The notes beneath the pieces are model-generated. The model saw nothing but the letters and a program-made list of their open reading frames with translations. It searched no databases and was not told the DNA's origin. A program made the translations under genes and the position numbers. From positions 6,944,001 through 7,008,000 of the forward strand of contig OX597825.1 in assembly GCA_951406725.2 (NCBI GenBank): a DNA stretch of 64,000 bases. Direction: 5' to 3'. Positions 37,457 to 49,518 of this stretch are shown here, one piece after another. The stretch comes from Octopus vulgaris (taxonomy: Eukaryota). Every line of letters starts with the position of its first letter. Positions within the stretch are counted from its first letter, which is position 1.

Positions 37457-37634
37457 TCAACAGCCATTACTTTTTTTCCTTTCTCATTATTATTTTCAAA
37501 TCATTCACTTCCTTTGTCTAAGATAGAGTTAAAGACAGAGAAACAGTGGAAAGGAAGAGTAGACAAGTTAAAAAAACAAAAAAAACAGTAGTGTGGAACT
37601 AAGAATTTATGGCCAATGGTCATATGAAAATAAA
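37457..37634 (+). repeat. Direct duplicate of 36005-36180
   Basis: TCAACAGCCATTA...GGCCAATGGTCATATGAAAATAAA, only a handful of differences over ~177 bp. Confidence 0.95.
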
Positions 37635-38560
37635 ATATCAAGTTATTGACAGGTCAAGATCATTATCTCTTTAAACGGTTGGAAGGATGTTGGCTGATAT
37701 TTGTTTTAGCAGTTCTACTTTCACTTTCAAATTTTTTTGTAGCACACATTTAAAAAAGGCATACATGCACACACGTATATCATACATTAATTTTAGCACA
37801 GATGAAAGAACACACATACACACACACACAAACACACGTGCACGAACATGCACATACATATATATATATACACACACATACATATATACTTTATTAATAG
37901 CTGTTGCTATGATTCTAAAGACAAAAAAAGAATTGGAGAGTCGGGTAATAAATATGAAAAAATAAAAAAAAAATAAATGAAATTAAAAAAATTAATTCAA
38001 ATAAAGATGTATATAAAATTTTTAAAAAAAAAGGTATTAAATAAAATTCTTTTCTGAAATTATTTAATGCTTGAATAAGAATTAATTCAGAGTGGAATTC
38101 AATAAAATTCCAAAATTAATAAAAGACTTCCTTTTTCGTATTCTTAGAGATCAGACAAGGTTAATAAATGAATGCAAGGTAAAAACCCGTCTTCCATTCA
38201 TTGTGTCCTTCAAAAGAGATGTTATGAGACTCGGCTATTGATATCTCATTGCTGCATGTATAAACTTCACTCGGGTTATCACAATTTAACATATACTTTA
38301 TTTATTTATTTATTTTAAAGTATAAAATGTTAGTGATGGGTATTCAGTTTTAGTTTGCATCAGAGCTGTTAACCTTGCACCCAGTTGTTGAAATCTTCTG
38401 AGAACAAAACTATATCATAACTAATAACACTGGTATATTTTTTTTAAAATGGAAATAGTGTACTAAAAGTATTTAATGGTTTTTAAATGCCAGTGAGGCG
38501 AATGATCTTGTCAAAGAGATCTATTGCAATGTTTTGGAACTTCAGTGACAAAGATAGAAA

Positions 38561-38995
38561 GAATTACTCTGAGAAAGTTACTCAGAGGGAATTGCTGTGA
38601 GGGAGTTGCTTGGAGGGAATTGCTGTGAGTGATCTGAGGGAATTGCTCCAAAGATGTTGCTCAGAGGGAATTGCTCTGAGAGAGTTGCTTGGAAGGAATT
38701 ACTCCAAATGAGTTGCTTGGAGGGAATTGTTGTGAAAGAATTGCCCAGAAGAGTTGCTCTGAGGGTATTGCTCTGAGAGAGTTGCTCGGAAGAAATTAAT
38801 CCAAAGGAGTTGCTTGGGGGGAATTGCTCTGAGAAAGTTGCTCCAAAGGAGTTGCTCAGAAGGAATTGTTCTGGGAGAGTTGCCTGCAGGGAATTACTCC
38901 AAAGGAAATGCTTGGAGGGAAATGCAGTGAGGAATCTGAGAGAATTGCTTCAAAGAAGTTGCTTAGAGGGAATTGCTTTGAGGGTGTTCCTCTGA
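38561..38995. repeat. ~14-bp minisatellite with partial 28-bp dimer structure
   Basis: Alternating GAATTGCTCTGAGA / GAGTTGCTTGGAGG-type units, about 30 units. Confidence 0.88.
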
Positions 38996-40558
38996 ATACA
39001 AATATATTTAGACTTTGCAGATATGAAACTGTTTGTTTACCTTACTTTAAATTCATTTTACCATTTTTCTAAAATACCATGTAAGGTGTTGATTTAACAG
39101 AGTTGATAAAGCATCAGGTAAAAGGTGCACTTTTAGTTTTGGTTCTCTGTAGTCTGAGTTCAAATCTCAATAAAGTCAACTTTGCCTTCCATCCTTTCAC
39201 ATTTGAGCAGTAAAGTTTTCGGATCAATACTTTATCTCTCTCTCTCTCGAAGAAATCAGTTGTCTTCAGAATAGAATAGGAATGGTCTTCACCAGATTTA
39301 AAATGCTTGAGACAAGCTGTGTGCTATGCCACAATGGCATTTCTGTGATGCCATCAGTGGGTTAGGACTCAAAGAAGGGAGCAAAAAAATTACTTTATGC
39401 AAAACGGTTTTTGCATTAGGGTTTCACATCTCCATGTTGCTGATACAAATAATTTCAAAGGTGGACGACCGCTCTACCTCTGGCCATAATGACCATCAAG
39501 TGTACATAGAACTATTTTTATTTAGAAATTAGAGAACCAGAAACATAATGGATGTTGCCAAGAAGTACAACATAGTAAAATTCCAATTCCTTTTTCTAAG
39601 TATATATGATCAATAATTCAACACAATAGTCTCATTCCACACTTTTGCACATAAATGAGTGTTATGTCTGTAATGAGATCATCCATAAGCATGACCATAT
39701 TTTGGATTTATTGAAAGAAAATAAATTGAAATATGTGATTTTCATTGCTTTTGCTGATTAGTGAGATATTAAGTAGAATCCAACATGGAATCAAATTTGA
39801 TTAATAATTCCAATATGAATAAATTTCTAACCAAATTGTGACCATCTCCAAGTATTTTGTCTTAGTGTTGTTGATTAGTCTCAATAGTTATTTGGTGCTG
39901 AAGCCAGTGGTGGTTTGAAAGTGAACTTTTAGGTACCGAAAATATTTCAAAAAACCATCAAAGAATCAGGAATCAGAAAACTAAATTTCAGAACTTATTC
40001 CACTATATGCTACAAATACTGTATAGAGCTGTTAATTAATTACAGAAATTGTTATTTAAGTACACAGAGTACCACAGAGACAACAGTTAACACTTGTAGA
40101 AGAATATGAATAAAAAGAATCAGTGGCCTTCAACATAAACCAATATATTTCCCTCAACTATCAATAATGATAATCATTTTTAAGAATTTCTAATAAGCTT
40201 GGGGTGTGTTAATTTGAGCCATTCCAGTACTTAATGGGTAGGGATTTCATAGACTTCAGATGTGGTGATGACAAAGTGATAAAAATAAAAGATTAAATAT
40301 ATTTTAAAGAAATAAGAAAAACAGGAACAAGAATTTAATCTTTATTGACTTTACAAAGATATTAGTGACCCAACAGAGATGAATCCCAACTGGGGACCAA
40401 AGTGTGGATCATAGATGTAAAAATTACATCACCAAAGTTTAAAGTCAATATTCCTGGGTTTTATTTCTAGTTTTTTGTTTTACTATATTTGTCTATCACC
40501 ATTTGTTTTTATAATAAGGATTCCTTTTAACTTGTTGCAAAGAAAACTCAGAAGTATA

Positions 40559-40958
40559 GGCACAGGAGTGGCTGTGTGGTAAGTAGCTTGCTTACCAACC
40601 ACATGTTTCCGGGTTCAGTCCCACTGCATGGCACGTTGGGCAAGTGTCTTCTACTATAGCTTCGGGCCAACCAAAGCCTTGTGAGTGGATTTGGTAGATG
40701 GAAACTGAAAGAAGCCCATTGTATATATGTATTTGTGTGTATATGTTTGTGTGTCTGTGTTTGTCCCGCAACATTGCTTGACAATCGATGGTGGTGTGTT
40801 TACGTCCCCGTGACTTAGTGGTTCAGCAAAAGAGAGTGATAGAATAAATACTATGCTTCGAAAGAATAAGTTCTGGGGGTCGATTTGCTTGACTAAAGGC
40901 AGTGCCCCAGCATGGTCACAGTCACATGACTGAAACAAGTAAAAGAAAAAGAGAGTAA
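40559..40958 (+). mobile_element. SINE family A, full length
   Basis: Closely similar to 28383-28803. Confidence 0.93.
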
Positions 40959-42875
40959 AGATTAAGTAAACCAAATGGGTGAGTTTATTTCTTTCAAATT
41001 CCAGTCAAAGTACATTGGTAAACTTTCACAGCAACTGTTCCTATTTCTCTTCTCTTCAAGTCGATAAAGCTGATCTTGTGATGGATAATGACGACTAAAA
41101 ATAGTCCGGCACTTAATGTTATTTCATTTACATATGGAATAAATAATTCAGAAATAGCTTTTGTGTGTTTTGTTTGGTGAATAATATAAGAAGTAAACCC
41201 AAACAGGATTTGAAATCAACCAAACCTTTCCCTGTAAACCTATTGCTTTCAAAAGCACCAGAACTAAAACCGTGAATACAAACTGTTGATTGTTGTGAGG
41301 CTTAGATATTTTGTATATATTATTAGTCTACATTGATGAAAGGAAATAAAATATTGGCAGAAATTCAGCAGAAACCTGAATGAGAGAAAAATTTGAAAAA
41401 TCAATTCAAGGCAAACTAAAATAGAAAATGAAAGATATAAAAGGAAATGGCTATTCTTCAGGAAAGATTGGCTTTTTAGCTGGTGGTGTGATTAAGATTC
41501 CATCTGAAGAACTTTTAAAGGCTTCTCTGTTTTTAAACTAAGAGCTTTCTTTATCTTGATATTGTGGATTGAGGTTTTCATATGAAGATAAAATATGGAA
41601 AAGAGGTCCTGAATAAAATTGTTTTATGTTCTGATATTTCCAGACATTGTATGCAAGACAATGGTTGTAAGCAATTCTTGTCTTAAGTATTTTAGAGAAA
41701 GTAAACTTAACAAGAATCCTCAATGAATGAAACAAAAGTCTTCTGTTAAGAATTCTTTCTTTCTTCCTTGTTGAAAATATTGAATGACAATAGTTAGTTA
41801 TAGCCAAAGAATTCTGCGACTAACCAAATAGCTTCATTTTTGTTATATTCACAGAAATTTTCTTGCATCGATCTGAATGCCGAATGCTATTGTAGTAAAG
41901 AAAACATTTCAGCATTCAAAATATTCTGTTTTATTGATAGAATAATTTGGAAAGAAATGAAAACAATAAACAGATAATTTTGTCTTTTACACTAGTGTGT
42001 TTCTGAAATGTTCTTACATCATACTATGCCGACATTGAGGAAATATGTCAAGAGCTCTATCGCTATTCATGCATATGTTGTGATATCAGAATATTTAAGT
42101 ACAATATATATGAATAAATTTATCAATGTGAAAGGATGAGCTATGCATGTATCCATGGCGTTAATCAGAAAAAGTGAAAACTACATAAGATATCAAATTT
42201 ACAGTAGAGTAAGCTTTTTATGCAATAAGGTATGATGTACTGTTTGGTGTAGTGAGGTGGAAGAGTGCAGTGTTTGGTTAGAACATGCACACACACACAC
42301 ACTTCAAAAAACAGCATCTGCATTGTGCTATTGTACTGCTGCTGTAAAGCAAAATTTAGTGTCACTTCAAAAACACTTCAATATTTCTATTGTAAGCAGT
42401 GATAGAGTTGTATAAACAGCACAGATTCGAAGTAGATGCTTCTGTAGTATACAGTTAGTGTCTGTCAGTTTGGATTTTTTGTGTTCAAAAGCCACTGCTG
42501 TTAAATTTGTGTTTTTTTATCTCTGTTGCGAGAGTTGTGGGGGGGGGGGGAATAACTGTATGAAGCAGGGTGTTACGATGTTACAAGCGATGTCCCATTG
42601 TATGGCACTTTGGGGGAGTTAGTGGCATTATTGCTTCAGGGAAATTCTGTGGATGGAAACTGTACAGAAATCCAACTTACAAACACATACACAAAACATT
42701 CATGCATTTATGTAAATAATTATGCTTGTATATATATATATATATATGTATGAACTGTATAAATTGATATTGAAATATAAGCAGCTCAGTTGCTCATTGG
42801 AGCCTGTGAAACCGTCCAACCCATGCCAGCATGGAAAGCAGATGTCAACTGATGATGAGGATGATATATGTTTCC

Positions 42876-42906
<31 letters not shown>

Positions 42907-43151
42907 TGTATGTATGTATGTATGTATGTATGTATGTGTGTGTGTGTATGTATATATATATATATATAGTTCAAATTTGCAGAAAATTTAAAGATGAAGA
43001 CAGGCAAGAAAACAAGAAGCAGGTGTATTAGTTTGAAGAATTGAAAAGTCATTGATGTTTCAAGCCTATCATCTTTAACAGAAAAAATTGAAAGGGGGGG
43101 ATGGGAAGAGTATGGAACCAAAGTGGAGAGAGAAGCAAATGTGTAGGGATT

Positions 43152-43307
43152 AACAGTAAATAATGTAAATACTGTAAACAATGTAAACAATGTAAATAAT
43201 GTAAATGATGTAAATAATATGAACAATGTAAATAATGTAAATAATGTTTACATTATTTACTTTTTACATTATTTACATTGTTTACATTATTTACATTATT
43301 TACATTA
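43152..43307. repeat. 9-bp (AATGTAAAT)n array followed by its inverted complement
   Basis: Forward units 43152-43247, reverse (ATTTACATT)n 43247-43307. Confidence 0.92.
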
Positions 43308-43463
43308 CCTACCACACTTGTTTAGAAATATTTCATTTGACTTTCATCATTAACATTTCAGTGAAAATTATGAATTTTGCATTTTAATTCTCTCTTCTGA
43401 CTCACCTGTGTCTATGTGTGGAATGTACTCTTTTAGTGAATGGATTGAGTGCCTGGTTTAAAG

Positions 43464-43701
43464 TAGGGGTTCTCAACTATCTTTGGACTATGGACCCCTT
43501 TGATTTCTATTTTATTCGAGTGTTCCCTCACAGGTATTTGATGTTAAAAAAAAAATCATTATATTTTTATAATTAAATATTATTAGGAATTACATAAAAG
43601 AAATTGTTAAAATATTTTGTGTATGGAAATCGGTATAAGTGATTTATGGTTAATTAAGTTTAATGACAAAATCTTAAGTGGACCCCCACTGGGAACCTAT
43701 G
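43464..43701. mobile_element. hAT (Charlie-like) MITE with 8-bp TSD
   Basis: GTTTAAAG|TAGGGGTTCTCAAC ... CTGGGAACCTATG|GTTTAAAA. Confidence 0.7.
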
Positions 43702-44554
43702 GTTTAAAAGGAAACAAAGGAATGAAGGATTTAATGGTAAATGTCCATCACAGATAAGCAATGGAATTCTGAAAGCCGACTTGTGTCTCTTTTAAAGTAG
43801 ATTTATTTCTGTGCTGTGTATATTTTGTCTTTCTTGATAGAAGTTGTGTAAATAAACCAAAATCAGGAAATTTCATGAGGGGCTGTTGGTGCCTGCAGCT
43901 AAAAGCACCGAATGTCCTTACATGATATTTCTTTTGAATTTTGGCAAAAGTGTGTATGAAAGAGAGAGAGAAAGAATGAGTGGGAAAAAAAGAGAGAGAT
44001 AGATAGAGAGAGAGAGACAGAGAGACAGAGGAAATGTATGTGAGAAAAAGAGGAAGGAGGGAATAATGGTCATAAACACAAAGAATGAGAGCGAAGAATT
44101 TCACTTAGCGTCACCAGAAATCTCAATTAGGCTGCATTCACCAATTTCCATTTTGGTCTCTAAATATAATAAAGTCAAGTTCAGTAGGTGAAGTGAATAA
44201 ACTTGATTGGCTCAGACCTCGCGTATTACTGGTGACTAATCAGTCTTGGATGAATAAGAAATTAAAATTGCAAGTCACCAAGTATTTTGGTAAAGTTTTG
44301 CGTTCTGTGAGTTTCTCCATTTGAATGTCAATATAATTGAAATAATATTCCATCGAAGTTATTATATGAATATAATGAAGTATTATAGTATTATAGGAAA
44401 GTATATGATGTTATACTGAAATAGAATTATAGTATAAATGAGAAACAATTATAGAATTCTAGGAGACTGGGCTGTTGGATGTGTTGAAGTGCCCAGACAT
44501 ATAACCAAAGTGCTTATTACTCACACACACACACACGCAGTGACTAGATTAAAA

Positions 44555-44807
44555 TGGCATATGGCATAGCGGTTAAGAGCATGGGCTACTAACCCCAAGA
44601 TTCCAATTTCGATTCTAGGCAGTGACTTGAATAATAATAATAACAATAATAATAACATCGAAAAATACCTTAGGAATGAGAACCCAGGTTTGAAATTCCC
44701 CCAAGACACCCGATGAAGGCTGGAGGGTATATCAGCTGAAACATTGTGTTAACAACAAACATGATGAGGACAAATATCCATCAAATGTAAATAATGTAAA
44801 TAATGTA
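44555..44807 (+). mobile_element. tRNA-head/hammerhead element, copy 3 (complete architecture)
   Basis: A box TGGCATAGCGG 44562-44572, anticodon-like arm GGG-CTACTAA-CCC, T-loop TTCGATT, (AAT)n linker, hammerhead 44705-44750 with CCGATGA/GAAACATT mutations, (AATGTAAAT)n end. Confidence 0.85.
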
Positions 44808-45309
44808 TTCTTGTTTTAGGGATAATAGATTTGTACCCAACAAAAATATGGAGTAGCCCATTAGATTAACATAAAGTTGTTTTTATTATAACTGAACATA
44901 AAAACAAGCACTAACCAACACACACACACATGTATATAGACACACATACACACACATGAATATACATATATATTTTAACTGAAACAATTATAATATATTA
45001 AAGTATAAATCATAACACACACACACACAGCTGTATAGTTATGCATTTATTTGTCAGATGTCAACAAGTGGAATTCAAGACAGAAGGAAGACAGACCCTG
45101 CTATAATTGTGAAAGCCTGTCTCTTATCTATTTCATACCACTGAACACACCAAGTGGACTCTGTACAGTCTTAACTTTCAGAATAAGTGTTGAATATGTC
45201 ATTTACCGGATGATCAAACCATCCTGTCTTGTCTCATGGCATGAAAACTGCTGATCAATGGGACGTCATGTTTACGAGGGAAGTAATCAAACATCATTGC
45301 TGCATTTCA

Positions 45310-45553
45310 CTGACACGTAAAAGCACCAACCGATCCTGGCCGTTTGCCAGCCTCCTCTGGCTTCCTGTGCTGGTGGCACGTAAAAAGCACCCACTACACT
45401 CTTGGAGTGCTTGGCATTAGGAAGGGCATCTGGCTCTGTAGAAACACTGCCAGATCAGACTGGAGCCTGGTGCAGCCTCCTGGCTTCCCAGACCCCGGCC
45501 GAACTGTCCAACCCATGCTAGCATGGAAAACGGACGTTAAACGATGATGATGA
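45310..45553 (+). mobile_element. RTE-LINE 3' end
   Basis: Two CACGTAAAA(A)GCACC motifs, conserved terminus, (GAT)n, then (TA)n. Confidence 0.9.
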
Positions 45554-45600
45554 TATATATATATATATATATAAGTGTAAGTGTAAACACGCACACAGAC

Positions 45601-45655
<55 letters not shown>

Positions 45656-45941
45656 ATATATATAAGATGCCATGCTGTGTTACATGTGTGGTTATGAAAT
45701 GAACTTCGAAAGATCTTCCTTCCGTTGCTCTTTATTGTTGTCAGCAAGTATCACAGGTACACTGGGAAAATCTGTGGCTGATTTGTTGTTTCAGATATTT
45801 AAACTTTACAGTCATCAAATTCTTGGACTGTTTAATTCTTGGATTGGTTTCTGGGATTGTTTAATTGATAGAAACATGAATAGATAACCGAATAAATGTA
45901 AACACAAACAGTGTCCTTACATGAAATAAAAGCTTCAGTTA

Positions 45942-45976
<35 letters not shown>

Positions 45977-46949
45977 GGTACTCAATATCCTTTTGCTAAC
46001 AACATATTTTCACTGACAATGCTTGTATCTTCAAACCCATTCTTTAAATGCTTCTCCCTTCATAAATATCCTTTTATAACTCATTGATCTCAGCTAAACA
46101 AACCACAATATGTTCAATACCTAATCATAAATTAGCAATAAAGATACGTACCAAAAACACTAAAATTAAAAAAAAAAACTCTTCTCCAACAACAAAAAGG
46201 TATTTCTGATGACTAATATGATTTACAAATTCATAGGTAAACACAAAAGGTGTAAATTTTATGACTAATGTTTGCATTAGACATACATATATGACCTATT
46301 TTCACCAACCTACTATGCATTTACAAGAAGATGCCACTGAAACACATTATATTACCCAATAGAAAGCAGAAGCAGAATGAGATAGAGAAGCATTTCTTAC
46401 ATAGAACAACATAAACCTAAAAGATTAGTCCTGAAAGCTATATTAATAGCATTATATGAAGCAACTTTCAGCATGGTGTATTTTAGCAATAAACTAAGAT
46501 CAGACATTATTTGCTCGTTTGCCGAGAGAAATATGAACATCGATGACTGGAAAATTTGAAGATCTGAAGCAACGAATGAGCCACAGACATACCAATGTAC
46601 CGGTAATACTCACTGACAACAATACGAGCAACAGCAGGAAGATCTTTAAACATCAATGGAACTAAGAAATTTATTGTTCCAAACTAAACATAGGGCATTA
46701 ATGCAAAAATGTAAAAATTCCTTCATAAAAATGTTAAACACAAATATAGTGACATTTTTAATAAAACTTGGTAAAGGGAAGCCAAAAATATGAATCTACC
46801 TCTCTGACTTTTCCTATCTCCCTCTTCTCTTTTTCTAGCCACAAGCAATCAGCCTATACACACACACACACACACACACACATCTTTATCTCTCTATCTA
46901 TCTACATATATACACAGATATATGTGTGTGTGTGTGCAGGCCTCATAAA

Positions 46950-47155
46950 AAGCCCCTGTGTCAGTGACATGTAAATAGCACCCCCGGTACACACTGTAAA
47001 GTGGTTGGCATTAGACGGGCACCTGGGTTTAGTAACTAAATCAAAACAGATGATGGCAGTCGGGTGCAACACTCTGGCTAGCCAGGTTTGGTCAGACTGT
47101 CCAACTCACACCAGCATGGAAAACTGATGTTAAATGATGGTCATGATCATGATGA
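46950..47155 (+). mobile_element. Older RTE-LINE 3' end
   Basis: GTGGTTGGCATTAG...CCAGCATGGAAAACTGATGTTAAATGATG. Confidence 0.75.
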
Positions 47156-47201
47156 TATATACAGAGAAATTCAGTATCTGCCTGGATATTATATACCCCA
47201 T

Positions 47202-47250
<49 letters not shown>

Positions 47251-47252
47251 AA

Positions 47253-47410
47253 TTAGATGAGTGTATTTTTCCCTTGTTAAAATTTAACACGGAAAAAATA
47301 GATAAATAGTTACCAGGGTAGCAAAATATCACACAAGTAAAGAGGTTGTAACTCCTTGTTTTTAAAGGTAGAAACTTCGGGTTTACGTGAAATTTTTTGT
47401 ATAAACTTTT
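47253..47410 (+). repeat. Unclassified repeat next to (TA)n, inverted copy at 61945-62148
   Basis: AGATGAGTGTATTTTT...ATAAATAGTTACCAGGG...GTAACTCCTTGTTT..AAAGGTAGAAACTTCG shared. Confidence 0.85.
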
Positions 47411-47486
47411 TTTCAAACAATATCAACAGCATTCAGTAAATCACTATACATATCGATTACTTATTATTACTATTATCATTATTATT

Positions 47487-47519
<33 letters not shown>

Positions 47520-47563
47520 ATAATGATGATGATGATGATGATGATGATAATAATAATAACAAT

Positions 47564-47738
47564 AACATCGAAAAATACCTTAGGAATGAGAACCCAAGTT
47601 TGAAATTTCCCCAAGACACCTGATGAAGGCTGGAGGGTATATCAGCCGAAACGTGTTAACAATAAATAAGATGAGGACAAATATCCATCAAATGTTGATA
47701 ATGTACATAATTCCTCATCTCTTAACTACAGAACTGTA
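47564..47738 (+). mobile_element. tRNA-head/hammerhead element, copy 4 (headless)
   Basis: GACAC-CTGATGA-A-GGCTGG..TCAGCC-GAAA-CGTGTT; core intact but 3-nt deletion at cleavage site. Confidence 0.85.
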
Positions 47739-48104
47739 TCGCTGTATAAGGTTGAGATTCAATGAGAAGATACATAATGACAAAAGGAAAAACAGATTTC
47801 ACTGAAATGGCTTTAGTCAGCTTGAGGCTATAGTGGAGGACACTGGCCCAAGATGTCATGCTGTGAGATTAATGTTAAATCGTGTGGTTGTGAAATGAAC
47901 TTCTATGATCTATTGCCATGCCTGTGTCCATGCATACACATATACACAAACATATATTCATATATATAAACATACATTCTTACACACACACACACACATA
48001 TAAACAGCTGGTTGCTTGAATTGATTGATTGATGGACAGATGAATAGATAATAGAATAAATGAAAAGACAAATGGTGTCCTTACAAGAAATAATACTAAT
48101 AATG

Positions 48105-48311
48105 GTTTCAAATTTTGCCACAAGGGCAGTAGTTTTGGGGGAAGGGACTAGTTGATTACATTGACCCCAGAGTTTAACTGGTACTTATTTTATTGACTCC
48201 AAAAGCATGAAAGGCAAAGTCAACCTCGGCAGAATTTGAACTCAGAACATAGCAACGGGCAAAATACAGCAATTTCATCCAGCACGCTAACAATTCTGCC
48301 AGCTTGCTGCC

Positions 48312-48313
<2 letters not shown>
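48105..48313 (-). mobile_element. SINE family B
   Basis: Homology to other B copies. Confidence 0.88.
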
Positions 48314-48353
<40 letters not shown>

Positions 48354-48365
48354 TTAATAATAATA

Positions 48366-48778
48366 CCAGGCAGTGGCTCTCATGGCTTCTGATCTTAACT
48401 GATTGGAAGTGTTATCGTGTACATTGTTTTGTCTTGGTATAAAAGATGGGCTACAGCAAATATTCTGCTCAATACCACAGATTTGCTTGTTAGTTGTTTG
48501 ACCTTAACCAGTTGAGCATGTCCCTTAGTGGCTGATGATATGTGCATCTCTGATCACGAGCAGAAGTAGTGGGGGAGCATCATAGCTATGTGTTGAGAGG
48601 GATTCTGCAAGGTCATGTGCTGTTTATCTTGATATGAGATCACCATGTCGCGCACATATGGTTGTGATGCATGTGCCTGGTGTACCCTTATCAGACGGGT
48701 AGTCATGATGGGTATACTGGGCTTCGTATATTTTACCCCAGTGTCACTTTGATGGCATGCTCTGCTTGCTCACTCAAT
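48366..48778 (+). mobile_element. LINE-like 3' UTR fragment flanked by (TAA)n on both sides
   Basis: GC-richer 410-bp block between (TAA)n tracts; its terminus recurs at 27549-27584 against (TAA)n. Confidence 0.6.
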
Positions 48779-48804
48779 AATAATAATAATAATAATGATG
48801 ATAA

Positions 48805-49040
48805 TAATCTTTTCTACTAGAGGCACAATGCTACAGGTTTGTGGGGAGGGGACTAGTTGATTACATTGACCCCAGTGTTTCACTGGTATTTAATTTATCA
48901 ACACCAAAATGATGAAAGGCAAAGTCGACCTCGGCAGAATTTGAACTCAGAACATAAAGACAGATGAAATACATAGCGATGGGCAAAATACAGCAAAGCA
49001 TTTCACCCGGCATGCTAATGTTTCTGCCAGCTTGCCACCT
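48805..49040 (-). mobile_element. SINE family B
   Basis: Homology to other B copies. Confidence 0.88.
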
Positions 49041-49070
49041 TAATAATAATAACATTAATAATAATAAAAG

Positions 49071-49126
<56 letters not shown>

Positions 49127-49127
49127 G

Positions 49128-49255
49128 TACAAAACCAAATATATGGAACCCTAGGCATAACACCAACATGAACTTCTAACTTGTTGTCTCTTGAGGTCTC
49201 TGGGTGAGACTTGGAGCCAACTTGTAGAAATGTAAAGCAAAAATCAAACACAAAA
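49128..49255 (+). mobile_element. Probable R4/Dong-type 3' UTR fragment in (TAA)n
   Basis: Insert between (TAA)n tracts; TCTTGAGGTCTCTGGGTGAGACTTGG resembles R4-clade 3' UTR stem-loops as I recall them. Confidence 0.4.
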
Positions 49256-49284
49256 TAATAATCATAATAATAATAATAATGCTT

Positions 49285-49485
49285 CTCACGAAAAGCACAA
49301 GACCTGATATTTGAGGGGAGGGGTGATTTGGATTACATCAACCCCAGAACTTCAGCTGAAACTTAATTCATCAGTACCGAAAGGATGAAAGGCAAAGCTG
49401 ACCTCAGCAGAATTCGAACTCTGGATGTAAAGACAGACAAAATGCCAACAAGCATTTTGCCCACCATGCTAACGATTCTGCTAGC
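49285..49485 (-). mobile_element. SINE family B, diverged
   Basis: GAAAGGATGAAAGGCAAAG...GAATTCGAACTC. Confidence 0.8.
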
Positions 49486-49518
<33 letters not shown>

